From: Hyaloraphidium curvatum SAG 235-1
Lineage: Eukaryota > Fungi > Monoblepharomycota
Assembly (NCBI GenBank): GCA_025558095.1
Contig: JAIVFI010000037.1
Coordinates: 434,001-498,000, forward strand
DNA: 64,000 bases
Reading direction: 5' to 3'
The notes beneath the pieces were generated by a model. It ran no database searches and was not told where the DNA came from. It worked only from the letters and a program-made list of their open reading frames with translations. Both the position numbers and the translations under genes were made by a program. Positions 37,182-48,000 of this stretch are shown one piece after another. Within the stretch, counting starts at the first letter, position 1. Each line of letters starts with the position of its first letter.

Positions 37182-38479
37182 CGCGGCGAACTGTGGGGGA
37201 GGTGGGGGGGCAAGTTGGACGCGTCGGCGCGGCGGACCGTGCGGAACGGACGGGGAGGGGCGGATTGCGGGGACCGTGCGGAATCGGCGCCGGGGGAGGC
37301 GCAAACGGGAGCGGTGCATGGAAAAACCGGCGCACGGGGCAGATGGCGAGATCGAGGCATGCCGAAAGCGGTGCGGGGCAGGGCGGGGGTTCCGCGGGCC
37401 AAGGGAAGGAGGTGGCCGGGGGTCCTTTGAACCGGAGGCGTCCGCCCGTCGCCGCGGCGCACGTCCCGCGCCGAACCGTGCCGTCCCGCTTCCCCATGCC
37501 TTCCATTTATCCATGGTCGCGATCGGGACGTGGAGATGGCGGGCGGCGGCGGCGGTCCGTTCGGTCGTCGCCGCCGCGAAGTCTGGACGCCCTCCATACG
37601 GGCCCTTTTGCTACGGAGGAGCCCTGGTCCGCCGGGAATGTCTCCCCGCGGCGGGGCACGGACTCTTTCGGCGGGGTGTCGCGCTGTGAGCACAATCGGG
37701 GTGATCGGCCGCGAAAAAGGTGGGGGGACGGGGGAGGCGCCAAGCACGTGCACTCCGGGAAAAACGATGGGGGGGTGCGGCGAAGCGGCCCCGTGCGCCG
37801 TCGAGCGGATTGTGCACGGGATCCCGCGCCGGGGGCCCGGGACGATCGGCAAACAGGCCGGAAACGTCGTTGTGGGAGGGCGAGGGAGTCGGATGCGCTT
37901 GCGCCTGTGGAAAAGCCGCGTGGGGAATCGCGAGGCGATTTTCACGTGGGTCCAAAGCGTGCCGTTCCGAGTCGATCCCGGACCCGGGGGGAAGCCCGCC
38001 GCAGCACCACCCGAACATTCCTCCCTGGCACGGAAGCGTACGTTCCGCCGACTTTGTTCGTCGCCCTGCCCCGCTGTCGGTGAAGCCCGCTCGTTGAAGG
38101 GGGGCGCGGGCTGGACGAAGGGCACCTCGCTTACGTCAATCCTCGACTCCCCCTCGACCGGTTCCCGTCCATTCATTCACCCGGCCAGCGGCAGAGGGGC
38201 GCCGATGCCCCGCGGAGGGCGCGCGTGAGCCGCACGGCGAGAGCGAGCGAGGTGGGCGTCGGCGGCCGGGCGCAAGGGCAGGCGGGGGGCGGCTCGGCGG
38301 GGACGGCACCGCCGCACCGTGGGCTGGCGGGCACACCGGGAGGGCGCTGTTACCGGCGGGGCACCGGCAGGGCACACCGGCAGGCGCTGAGAGACCGAGC
38401 GGCGGAGGAGGGCGGCGACGAGGCCGGCCCGCGCGAGCGCGTTCGAGAGACCCGCTGATCCGCGGCCGTTTCGTTTCAG

Positions 38480-40070
38480 ATGGGGACGTTCGTTGCCGAC
38501 TTCGGGCTGGACGGCGAGCACGGCGGCGAGGGCGTGCCGCGGCGGCGGTCGTCGGCGACGGAGCTGCGCGGCGTGGCGGCGCGCGGCGGGCGCGGGCAGG
38601 ACAGGGTGGAACGCGGGGCGGGCGGCGACCGCGGCTCGGCGCCCAGGCAGCGCGTGCGCACGGCGCCGCTGAGCGGGATCGGCGCGCTCAGCTCGCTGTG
38701 GGCCGGCGTGGTCGGGGACGCCGCGCCGGAGAGCCCGGGAACGGGCACGCGGACGGACTCGGACTCGGGCGGGATGCCCGACCCCGCCCGCTCGCGGCCG
38801 GCCTCGCCATCCGGCCAACTCACGGGAGGCTCGACCTCGGATGTTGGACACTCGGGATACGGGACGGCGCACGGCCCGCCTGCCCGGGGAACGCGGGAAG
38901 CCCCCGCCTCCCGCAATCACGTGCGCCCCGCGACCCCCGCTCCCGAGCCCGCGGACTCGCACCCCGGCGCGCAGGACGACGCGCCCCCGCGCGGCACCCG
39001 CGGCCCGATGCCCACGCCCTCCCCCACGCCGCCGCTGGCGGGGCGCATGCACGCCAAGCTGCGGCACGCGGAATCGTCCTCGGGCACCGACTCGGAGGAC
39101 GACGGGGCCATGTGGTTCGGCCGGGGATCGGCATCCTCGTCGCCCGCTGCGTCGTCGGCGTCCTCCCCCCGCGCCAAACCCCCGCAGCCCGAACCCGCAG
39201 ACGACCTCGACCGCCGCCCCATTTCCAAGCTCGCCGCGCCCGAGCTCTCTCCGCGCCGAACCGCCTCGGCCTACTCCCTGAGCAAGAAGGACCTGCCCCC
39301 CTGGAACCGGCGCGACCGCGTGCGCGACTCGAGCCCCTCGGACGGCTCGTCGCCGCGGCGCAGCTCGAGCTTCACCTTCTCGCCCGATCGCAAGCAGCCC
39401 GCGCAGGGGCAGGCCAACGCCAGGTCGCCGGCAGCGAGGGTTCTCTTCCCCGACCCCGGGCCCCGCCGCTCCCCGCCCACCCCTCCGACGCTCACCTCGC
39501 GCATCGGCTCTCGGCCGCGCGCTGTTCCTCGACGACACCTTGCCCCCTCCTTCCGGTGGCTCGCCTTCCCACCCGCACCTCCCCCTCCCCACCACCCCGC
39601 CGCTGCACGCCGCCCGCCAGCCCGGCCGGCGCTACGCCCCGCGCACCCCGTCCCCCTCCTTGCCGAGGGAAGGCGAGATCCCCGAGGACTACGACCCCAA
39701 CCTGCTGTGGGACGGCCCGGCGCCGCCGCCGGCCCCGCGTGCGCCGCGAGAGCCGCTCACCCCCATCGCGGCGCTGGACAGCCTGCTCGTGTTGAACGCG
39801 ACCGTCCTGGCCGCGCTCGCGGTCGTCGGGATCACCCTGCTGTCGTACCTCCTCTCGGCCACGGACGCCGTGCTGCCGGCGCTCAAATCCGGTTCGGGGC
39901 ACGTGCTGGATGCCGTGGGGGGGGTGGGGAGGACGGTGGTGCCGGGGCTGAGGAGGGTCGGCAGGGCGCTGGGCGGGCTGGGGGTCGTGAGCAGGGGGGG
40001 CGGGGGGAGGGTGGCGGGGGAGGGGGAGAGGGAGGTGCGCGAGGTCAGCAGGGAGGGGGTGGGGATGTGA
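38480..40070 (+). CDS. Hypothetical Ser/Pro-rich protein with C-terminal TM segment; frame change near 39440-39520
   Basis: Two overlapping frames with coding-like codons; hydrophobic LLVLNATVLAALAVVGITLLSYLL near the end. Confidence 0.5.
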
Positions 40071-40334
40071 TTCCTTGGGAGGGGGGGAGGGGTTGCCTGG
40101 GAAGGACTGCTCGGGGAGAGATGCTTGGGGGCAACGTACCGCTTGGGAGAAGGACGACGGGAGCTTTGGCCACGGGAGTGGATGCATGTACAACAGACGG
40201 TCACACGGGAGGTAGAGTTTTCGGGATCATGGCCTGCGATGCCCTGGTGCTCTTTCGAGCAGTTCGCCTTCTCGTTGGTGCGCGCGGATGCTGCGTGGCC
40301 GGGGTGGTCCGCGAGGTTCTGCGCTTCGCGGTGA

Positions 40335-40723
40335 GCTAGGATGGGCGCCGCGATCCTCCGGGCGGCCGGAGCTGACGACGATTCGGGGGCGGGCACCCGT
40401 CGGATTAGATCAGGAAGTGCTCGGGGCGCCGGTGGACGTGTACGCATTCGCGATGGTGTGCTACGAGGTGGCGAGCGGGGGGATGTACCCGTTCCAGGGG
40501 ATGAACGCGATGGCGGCGGGCTCCTCCACACCGTGTGGAGCATCGAAGCTCACCTCCCGCTCCCCGGCAGATCATGTGCAAGGTTTGCGACGAGCAGAAG
40601 CGCCCCCCGCGGCCCGACGGGGCGTCGGACGCCACGTGGGAAATGATGCGGCGGATGTGGGCGCAGGCGGCGGCGGCCAGGCCGGCGTTCGTCGAGGTGG
40701 CGGCCGAGATGGCAGGTTGGTGA
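40335..40723 (+). pseudogene. C-terminal remnant of a TKL/tyrosine-kinase-like gene
   Basis: DVYAFAMVCYEV..YPF..RP.RP..WEMMRRMW....RPAF (subdomains IX-XI only); no N-lobe upstream. Confidence 0.8.
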
Positions 40724-41099
40724 GCCGTTCGGTGTATTTCGATCAAAATCTATGCCGTCGTTGGTCATTCCGTTCTTGCTTTGTATGCGTGCTTTTTTCC
40801 ATGGCTTCGCAGTCGGGAATCGGGTTCGCCTGACAGATGAGGCAAGATTCTCCCGTCGGCGTCGAAAACGCCGACCTACGGTGCACGGCCCACCTACTTG
40901 GTCGCGGCGGTCCGTGCACGGACCATCGGCGCCGGAGAGCAGCCGCAGCGAGGACGGACGCGGGGGCGAACGTCGTGCGCCACCTGGGGCACGGCGGACG
41001 CGTTCACGCGCTTGCGGCGCCGCATCGCGCCCTGATTGGCACATGGAACCTTCTTCGAACCAATACCTGGATTTACGGTGCCGGGAGACCCCTGCGGCT

Positions 41100-42354
41100 A
41101 TGTCTCAAGCTTCCTCGGCGGCCGGTACCCTCAATGGCCTGGCGCGCCACGCCGATCCGCCAGAGTACATCTGCGCCATATGTACCGAGACGATCCACCC
41201 GCATCGCCAGCCCGTGCTCCTGGCCGGCCCGTGCGAGACCCACGTGTTCTGTCGCGAGTGCGCCGAGGAGCTTCGGCAGAAGGAGTGTCCCGTCTGCCGG
41301 AAACCGTTCGAAGGGATCATGCCGCTGAGCGGCAACCGATTTGCGTGGAGGGCGTACAACAACGCGAGGTTGCGGTGCTTCTACGAGTGCGGGGAGGCGG
41401 CCGACGTGGCGGACCTCGAGGGGCACTACAGGCGGTGCAACAAGGCCAAGTGCGGCGCATGCGGGATCGTCTTGGCTCCCCCGACGACCCTCGAGGTGGG
41501 CCGGCTTCCGGTACCCGTCGTCGTGAGCTGAGCTGATGTCCCGGCTCGTGCAAGGATCACAAGGGCACGTGTCCCAGGAGGCTCGTCCCGTGCAAGTTCG
41601 TCGGGCAAGGCTGTACGGACAAGAGTCTAGCCAGTGAAGAGCTAGCCAATCACGAGAAGCTCTGTGGTTGGAGGACGGTCAAGTGTGATCTGCTGCTGTG
41701 CGAGCACGAGGTGGGCGACCCCCAGCCTTCCGAGGAGCGACAGATTGACGACGTCTGCAGTGCCTAGCAAAGGACTTGAAGGAACATGAGGTCGCTGCGA
41801 TGGGAGACCACCTGAAGCTGGCTTTGGAGGAAGTCAAACGCCTGCGCACCACTGTGGCGGGTAGCTTTGGGGTCTTCACCGTGGATGTCGGGCTCCCGCG
41901 CCGCGAGTGGACCGTGCCAGTCTCTCCATCTCCAGAGGGTCGCTTGCAGTCACCTTTGTTCGGATGCGGAGGCGCGACATTCTACGTGCGAGCGGCACTA
42001 GGAAAAGCGGGAACCGAGTCATCGGTTGGACTCTCCCTGTATCTTCGCTCAACAGACTTTGGACATGGAGGAGTGTCCGTCAGGATCCGTTCGGTGCATG
42101 CGCATTTTTCGCTCGAGCTACTTGACAAGAACAACCAGCCCGTGAACAAGAGAGTTGAGAAGGGGACAATCGGCATTGCGGGTTCGGGCTGGCACAACTT
42201 TTGTGACTTCGACCCCGGGATGCAGGTCATTGACCTCGGCGACCGCTCCGTTCTCCGGGTCAAGGTCGAGCTCTACGTTCGAAGAACGTTTTCCGATGCC
42301 CTCCCCACCTCGACGATATCAACAAAGTGGCCGGATTCCCCGTTGGAAGACTAG
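41100..42354 (+). CDS. TRAF-like E3 ligase: RING + TRAF zinc fingers + short coiled coil + MATH, 2 introns
   Basis: CAIC..CETHVFCREC..CPVC RING; H...C repeats (CPRRLVPCKF..GC, CGWRTVKC); MATH-like SPLFGCGGATFYV, LSLYL, FSLELL, GSGWHNF. Confidence 0.82.
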
Positions 42355-42612
42355 GATGGCTTCATGCAGGTGCAAGCATCACGAGTGGCTGCCCGTCATT
42401 TGGGCGCTGATGCGGCGGATGCGGGCGCAGGAGGCGGCGGCCAGGCCGGGTTGGTGAGCCGAGCGGTTTCCGATGGGACTGTATGGGTAGGGCACCCGTC
42501 GTTGGTCGTTCGGAGCTTGCTTTCTCGCCGCGGCGCCGCATCCAACCGTCGCGGATCCCGCCCGCTTCCCCTGCCCCCCCCTGCCCACGTCCCGGCCCCA
42601 AACAAACACGCG

Positions 42613-43464
42613 ATGCCCTCCCTCTCCGCCCCACCGTTTGCTCCCCTTCGCCCCTCCTTTGTCCCGCTCCTCCTCCACCCAGCCGCCGCAACCGCGCCGG
42701 AACGGGGACCCGCGTCCCACGTCGACCCGCTCCATCTGGGCCCGTGGATGCCCGGACTGCCGCCGAGCTCGCCGCGGGGGCTGCTGCAGTTGATGGTGGG
42801 GGAGGAGGGGGGTGGGGAGGAGGAAGTGGGTGGGGAGGTTGGGGGGCTGTTCGGGGGGGTGGGGTGGGGGGTGGGGAGCGCGGGGCCGGTGGGCGCGGCG
42901 GGCCCTCGAAAGGACGATGAGAAGATTGCAGAGGATCTGGAGAAGGCCATCAAGGTGGTTTGCACTGCTTCCCCCCCGAATGCGCCGACCAACCCGCCCC
43001 AGACGCCCCGGCCCCCCGCCGCCGCATCCCCCGCCTCCTCTCCGCACGCCGGCTTCCCGACCATCACCGGGGACACCCCCCGCCCCGCGCTGTCACCCAC
43101 CGCCATGCGCCCGGAGCCGATCACCCCGTGCAGGCCCAAGCCGACGCCGGGGAGGAGGGCGACGCCGAAGAGCACGCCGAGGAAGCCCCGCGCGCCTGCA
43201 AGGCCCAGGAACGTCGAAAGCACCCCCACGCGCACCCCGAAACGCACGCCCAAGCGCTCTCCCGCCCCCGCGATCGCCGACGTCCCGGCCAGGCCGGCCG
43301 AGGACCCCGTGCTGGCGCTGCTCGCGCGGTGCAGGCACATGAAGGCCAACCGCTGGTCCAGGGCGCGGATGGCGGCGGAGATGGGGAGGATGGGGGCGGG
43401 CGCGGTGCGGCCGCTGGGGGGCGCGAGGGTGGGCAGGGGGGCGGTGCCGCTGCCGGGGGCGTAG
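42613..43464 (+). CDS. Hypothetical Pro/Arg-rich protein
   Basis: Single ORF with coding-like codon usage; no recognisable domain. Confidence 0.4.
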   Translation: MPSLSAPPFAPLRPSFVPLLLHPAAATAPERGPASHVDPLHLGPWMPGLPPSSPRGLLQLMVGEEGGGEEEVGGEVGGLFGGVGWGVGSAGPVGAAGPRKDDEKIAEDLEKAIKVVCTASPPNAPTNPPQTPRPPAAASPASSPHAGFPTITGDTPRPALSPTAMRPEPITPCRPKPTPGRRATPKSTPRKPRAPARPRNVESTPTRTPKRTPKRSPAPAIADVPARPAEDPVLALLARCRHMKANRWSRARMAAEMGRMGAGAVRPLGGARVGRGAVPLPGA

Positions 43465-43683
43465 GATGGGACGGTGGCCGGCGGGCGGACGGGCCCGGAA
43501 AAACGAGGGAAGCGGGCGGATGGGGTGCATCCACGCTATAGAGGGCTAGAGACGTGGTTTCCAAGGCGGCTTTCGGTCCCCCGTTCCGCGTCTCCCGAGT
43601 GAGGAGCAGGGGACCGCCCGCCCTGTTCTAGCCATTTCCCTATCCGACGCCACGACAAGTCCCGCTCCCCCCGCGCCGCGGCG

Positions 43684-46600
43684 ATGGCGTCCGACGGCCC
43701 ACCCGCGCGCGCGCACGTGACGTTTGCGCCGTCGCCGGCTGTGGTGCCGGTGCCCAAGGACCAGGCGGCGGTCGGCGTGGGCGACGACGAGGGGCCGCCG
43801 GGCGTGCGCGACCTGAGCGCCAAGGAGCGCGGGCTGCTGGCGGCGGTGGCCGACGCCAACGCAAACAAACAGAGCGGCGAGGGCGGGGACGGCGAGGGGG
43901 AGGGCGGGGAGGGCGGCCGCGGCGGCGAGGCGGCGGTGCACCGCGTGCGGTTCGCGGGCCCGGCGGTGGTCGAGGTGCCGCGCGACCAGGTGCTGATCCC
44001 GCTGGACGACGAGCTGTCGACGCTGGAGGAGCGGAGGGGCGACCGCGTCACGCTGAACGACGTGGGCGTCGATGGGGCCGGCCAGCGGGCCGACGACGAC
44101 ACCGAGGCGTCCATCGACGGCCCCGGCGCGCCCTCGACGGACGCCTCGATCGACGCGCCGCCGTCGCTCGGCCAGGAGCCCGCCGGCCAGCCGCACCCGC
44201 ACCCGTCGCCCATGTCGTCGACCACCGCCGTGCCGCCCTCGGACGCCTCGTCGCTGCCCGACCCACACCAGCCGCCCCCGCGCCGCCCCACGCGCGACAG
44301 GCTGCCCTCGCGCGACAGGGCCGGCGTGCGCGCCGCGTCGGACCTCAGCCTGCGCGAGCTGGAGCTGCTGGAGGAGCACCACGTGGAGCACGACGGGCAC
44401 GCGCACGGCGGCGGGGAGCATGCGGGGCCGGCGGACGGACGGACGGGGGCGACAGGTGGCAATGATGCTGCGCAGGCGGAAACCGGGGCGGGCGAGCAGG
44501 CCGGACCGACCGTCGAGCCAGCCACCTCGTCCTCGTCCTCCTCGGAGGAGGAGGAAGAGGAGCGGCCCCGCCGCACCTCCCGCGCGCGCTCCCTCTCCGC
44601 CGGCTCCGCCTCCCGCGTCACCTTCTCCCCCCTGCCCAGCGTGGTCCCGATCCCCAAGGACCAGCCGCACCTGCACGTGCTGCACCACGCGCGCTCGGAC
44701 GAGGAAGGCGGGCCGAGCGGCAAGGTGCCCGGCGATCTGAGCGCGAGGGAGGTGGAGCTGCTTCACGAGCGGGGCGGGGAGGAGGAAAGCAAGGTGGGAA
44801 GCGGTACCGGAGCGCCCGGCCGTCCACGGTCTGACCCTCGCGAGTTCCGCCAATGTTCCCACAGGTCACCTTCTCGGAGACCGCCGCCACCGTCCGCATC
44901 CCCAAAACCCAGTCCGTCGTCCCCCTCGACCTCGCCCGCATCCGCGGGCGCTCCGCCTCCTCCTCCCGCAACTCCCCGCGCTCCCCCGGCGCCGCCGGCA
45001 CCCCCCCTTCGCCCGGGGACAACGCCGAGGACGAGGGGGCCATCGCCCACCTGGGGAGCCACTGGGCCTCGGACCTGTCGATGCGCGAGGTGGAGATGCT
45101 GGAGAGCAAGATGGAGGAGAGGGCGGCGACGCCTGCGCCGGAGGAGCCCGAGGGGTGGGAGGACGACGAGGGGGGGGAGGCGGACGACGGGGTGGAGGCC
45201 GCCGAGGGGGAGGGGGAGAGGTACAGGGAGGGGCAGGGGCACGGACACCGGAGGAGCCTGACGCCCAGCGGCGGGTTCGCAAAGGTGCTTCCCCTCCGCG
45301 CTCCCACCCCGGATGCCAGCTCACCCCGCCCGCCGCAGGTCACCTTTTCCCCGCGCCCCGCCGTCGTGACCATCTCCAAGGACCAGCCCACCATCCCCCT
45401 CGCGCTGCCGCCCAACGCCGGCGCCGCCGTGCCCGTGCTCCAGGCCCGCGTGGGCGAGGAGGGCGACGTGCAGCTGCTCGGCGAGGAGGGCGTCGGGCGC
45501 GACCTCAGCGGGAGGGAGGTGGAGATGCTGAGCGCCAAGCTGAGCGAGAGGGGGGACAGCGAGGATGCGGAGGCGGAGGGCGAGGGGGAGGAGGGGGAGG
45601 GGGAGGGGGAGGAGGGGGACGACGAGTATGCGGATGCGGACGAGGGGGACGGGGACGATCCGCCGCCGGGGGGTGCGCAGGGGGGCGCTGGAGGCGGCGG
45701 CGGTGGGCAGGGTCCGGAGGATTCGGACGGGGATGAGGACGCCGGCGATGCGGGCCCGCGCGGAGCCGGTGACGATCGTCCCCCGCACCGGGGCGGCGTG
45801 GCGCCCCGCGGCAACGGCCCCAGGGACGCCGTGGACGGTGAAGCCTCCGACGACCTCGAGGACCCCTCGATCCCACGCTGGACGCCCGGCCGCCGCGCCT
45901 CGATCTTCACCGCCGGCTCGGACGGCGACTCGGCATCCACGGACCCCGACCCCGCGCCTCCCCCGCCCGCCGCCCCGCGCCCCGTGCACCTCGCCGTGCA
46001 CACCGGGGAACGGGAACGCGGCCGCTCGCCCTCCCCCACCGCCGCGGGCCCCGCGAGCCCCTCGCTCATCGCGCGGTTCTACCGCAGCCCTTCGGCGCAG
46101 ATGCTCGCGGGCGCCATCGCCTCGGGCGTCTCCACCGTCGCCGGCCTCGCGCAGGCCGCCGCGTCGGCGGCCGGCGGCACCCTCGCCCCCGGGCGCGGCG
46201 CAAACATCCTCGCCGCGCCGACGATGGAGGCCTTCGCGGCGTTCCTGCGGCAGCGCAGGCCGGGGAGGGTGGTGGTGCTCACGGGCGCGGGGATCAGCAC
46301 GTCGGCGGGGCTGGCGGACTTCAGGAGCGAGGCGGGGATATACGCCCGGTTCGACGAGTGGAAGGCGAGGATCGGGGTGCCGTACCCCGAGGCGGTGTTT
46401 GATCTGAACTACTTCCGGTGGGTCGGGATCGGCGCGTCTGCGACCCGGATCGCTGACAATCGAGTCTTGATGACCCACAGCCAGGACCCCAAGCCGTTCT
46501 ACGCCATGATGAGGGAGCTCTTTGGGCGCAAGGCAGGACACGTGCCTATGCCCACCGAGGCACACTGGTTCATGAGGCTTCTGTACGAAAAGTGGGTCGG

Positions 46601-47734
46601 CTCGACTCTTGTCTGCTCGCTTTAGCTGACATGAGGAGTGTGGTCCCACAGAGGGATCCTGCTCCGCAACTACACGCAAAACATCGACTCGCTCGAGCAC
46701 CTCGCCGGCCTCCCCTCTGAGCTCGTCGTCGAATCCCACGGCCACTTCCGCTCCGCCTCGTGCACCGGCCGCCTCTCCTCGGGCTTCGGCGGTCTCCCCG
46801 AGGACATCCCCGCCTGCGGCGCCGAGTACCCGCCCTCGTACGTCCGGCGGTTCCTGGAGAAGGAGCCGTGGGGGGTGCCGACGTGCGCGCGGTGCGGGGG
46901 GTGGGTGAAGCCCGCGCTGACCTTCTTCGGGGAGGCGCTGCCGCCGACCTTCTGGGACGCGGCGAGGGCCGATTTCGACGAGGCGGAGGCGATGATCGTC
47001 ATGGGGACCAGCCTTCAGGTGCGTCCTCAATGTTCGGCGCGAATGACAAGTTCCTGACCGCTTTCCCCTGTTGACAGGTCCAGCCGTTCGCCTCGCTCAT
47101 CGAGCGAGTTCCTCCCACGTGCGCCCGCCTCATGATCAACCGCGACCCGCCCAAGTTCGGCCCCTTCCGCCGCACAGCCCGGCGTCTCGCGCTGTGGAAC
47201 GAGCGGTCCCGCCTGGGCCAGAACCCCCGCCAGGTGCTCCGCGAGGACGACTCGGACGCGGACGACGACCTCGTGCACGGGTACGACCACGACGGCGCGC
47301 CCAAGCGCGGCCACGACGCGTTCGGGGACCTGGTGCAGCAGTTCGACTTTGCCCTCGAGGAGGAGGCCGAGGCCATGGGCGGCAACGCCGTGCGCGATCC
47401 CAACAGGGCCAAGCTCCGGGACGCGATCCACCTCGGCGATGCGGACGAGGCGGTAGCGGAGCTGTGCCGCATGCTCGGGTGGGAGGCCGACCTGGCGAGG
47501 GTGCGGGCCGAGGGCGAGGCGAGGTACGAGAGGTACCGCGCCGAGCACGGCGACGGGGGCTGGTGGAGCGTGTTCGAGTTCGCGGCGTCGCCGCCCGACG
47601 AAAAGGCCGACCCCGCCGGCGCGGAAAAGAGGGGGACGCGGATGGGGGGGATGGCGGGCGGGGCCAACGAGGCGTGGGCGAGGCTGCAGAGCAGGTTCGG
47701 CGTCGAGACGCCGAGGGAGTGCGAGTTCATGTAG
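43684..47734 (+). CDS. Class I sirtuin (Hst2/SIRT2-like) with long N-terminal repeat region, ~5 introns
   Basis: GAGISTSAGLADFRS, TQNIDSLE, ESHGHF, Zn Cys pairs, KPALTFFGE, GTSLQVQPFASL. Confidence 0.88.
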
Positions 47735-48000
47735 CTAATGGGCGAAGGCTAGTCAGATTCGGGCGATGAATGGTTCCATTGCCTGCGGTCGCCGGATGGC
47801 CTGCTCTCCTCCTCGCGAAGCTTTCTTGAACCCTGGGGACGCACGTACAGCGGGATCGGGCCGAAAACGGGGACCATTGATCGGTGAAGAGGATGTTGAA
47901 TCGCCAGCACGGAGCTGATCGAGCTCGCATGCCCGTAACGTCATCCCACATACTCTTGCGACACGCTCGGTCATCCTACCCCCGTTTTTGGCTATCCGAT

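Noticed and set aside
37300-38450. ORFs in the MPC2 upstream spacer
   Set aside because: No domain or coding bias; probably a divergent promoter/UTR.
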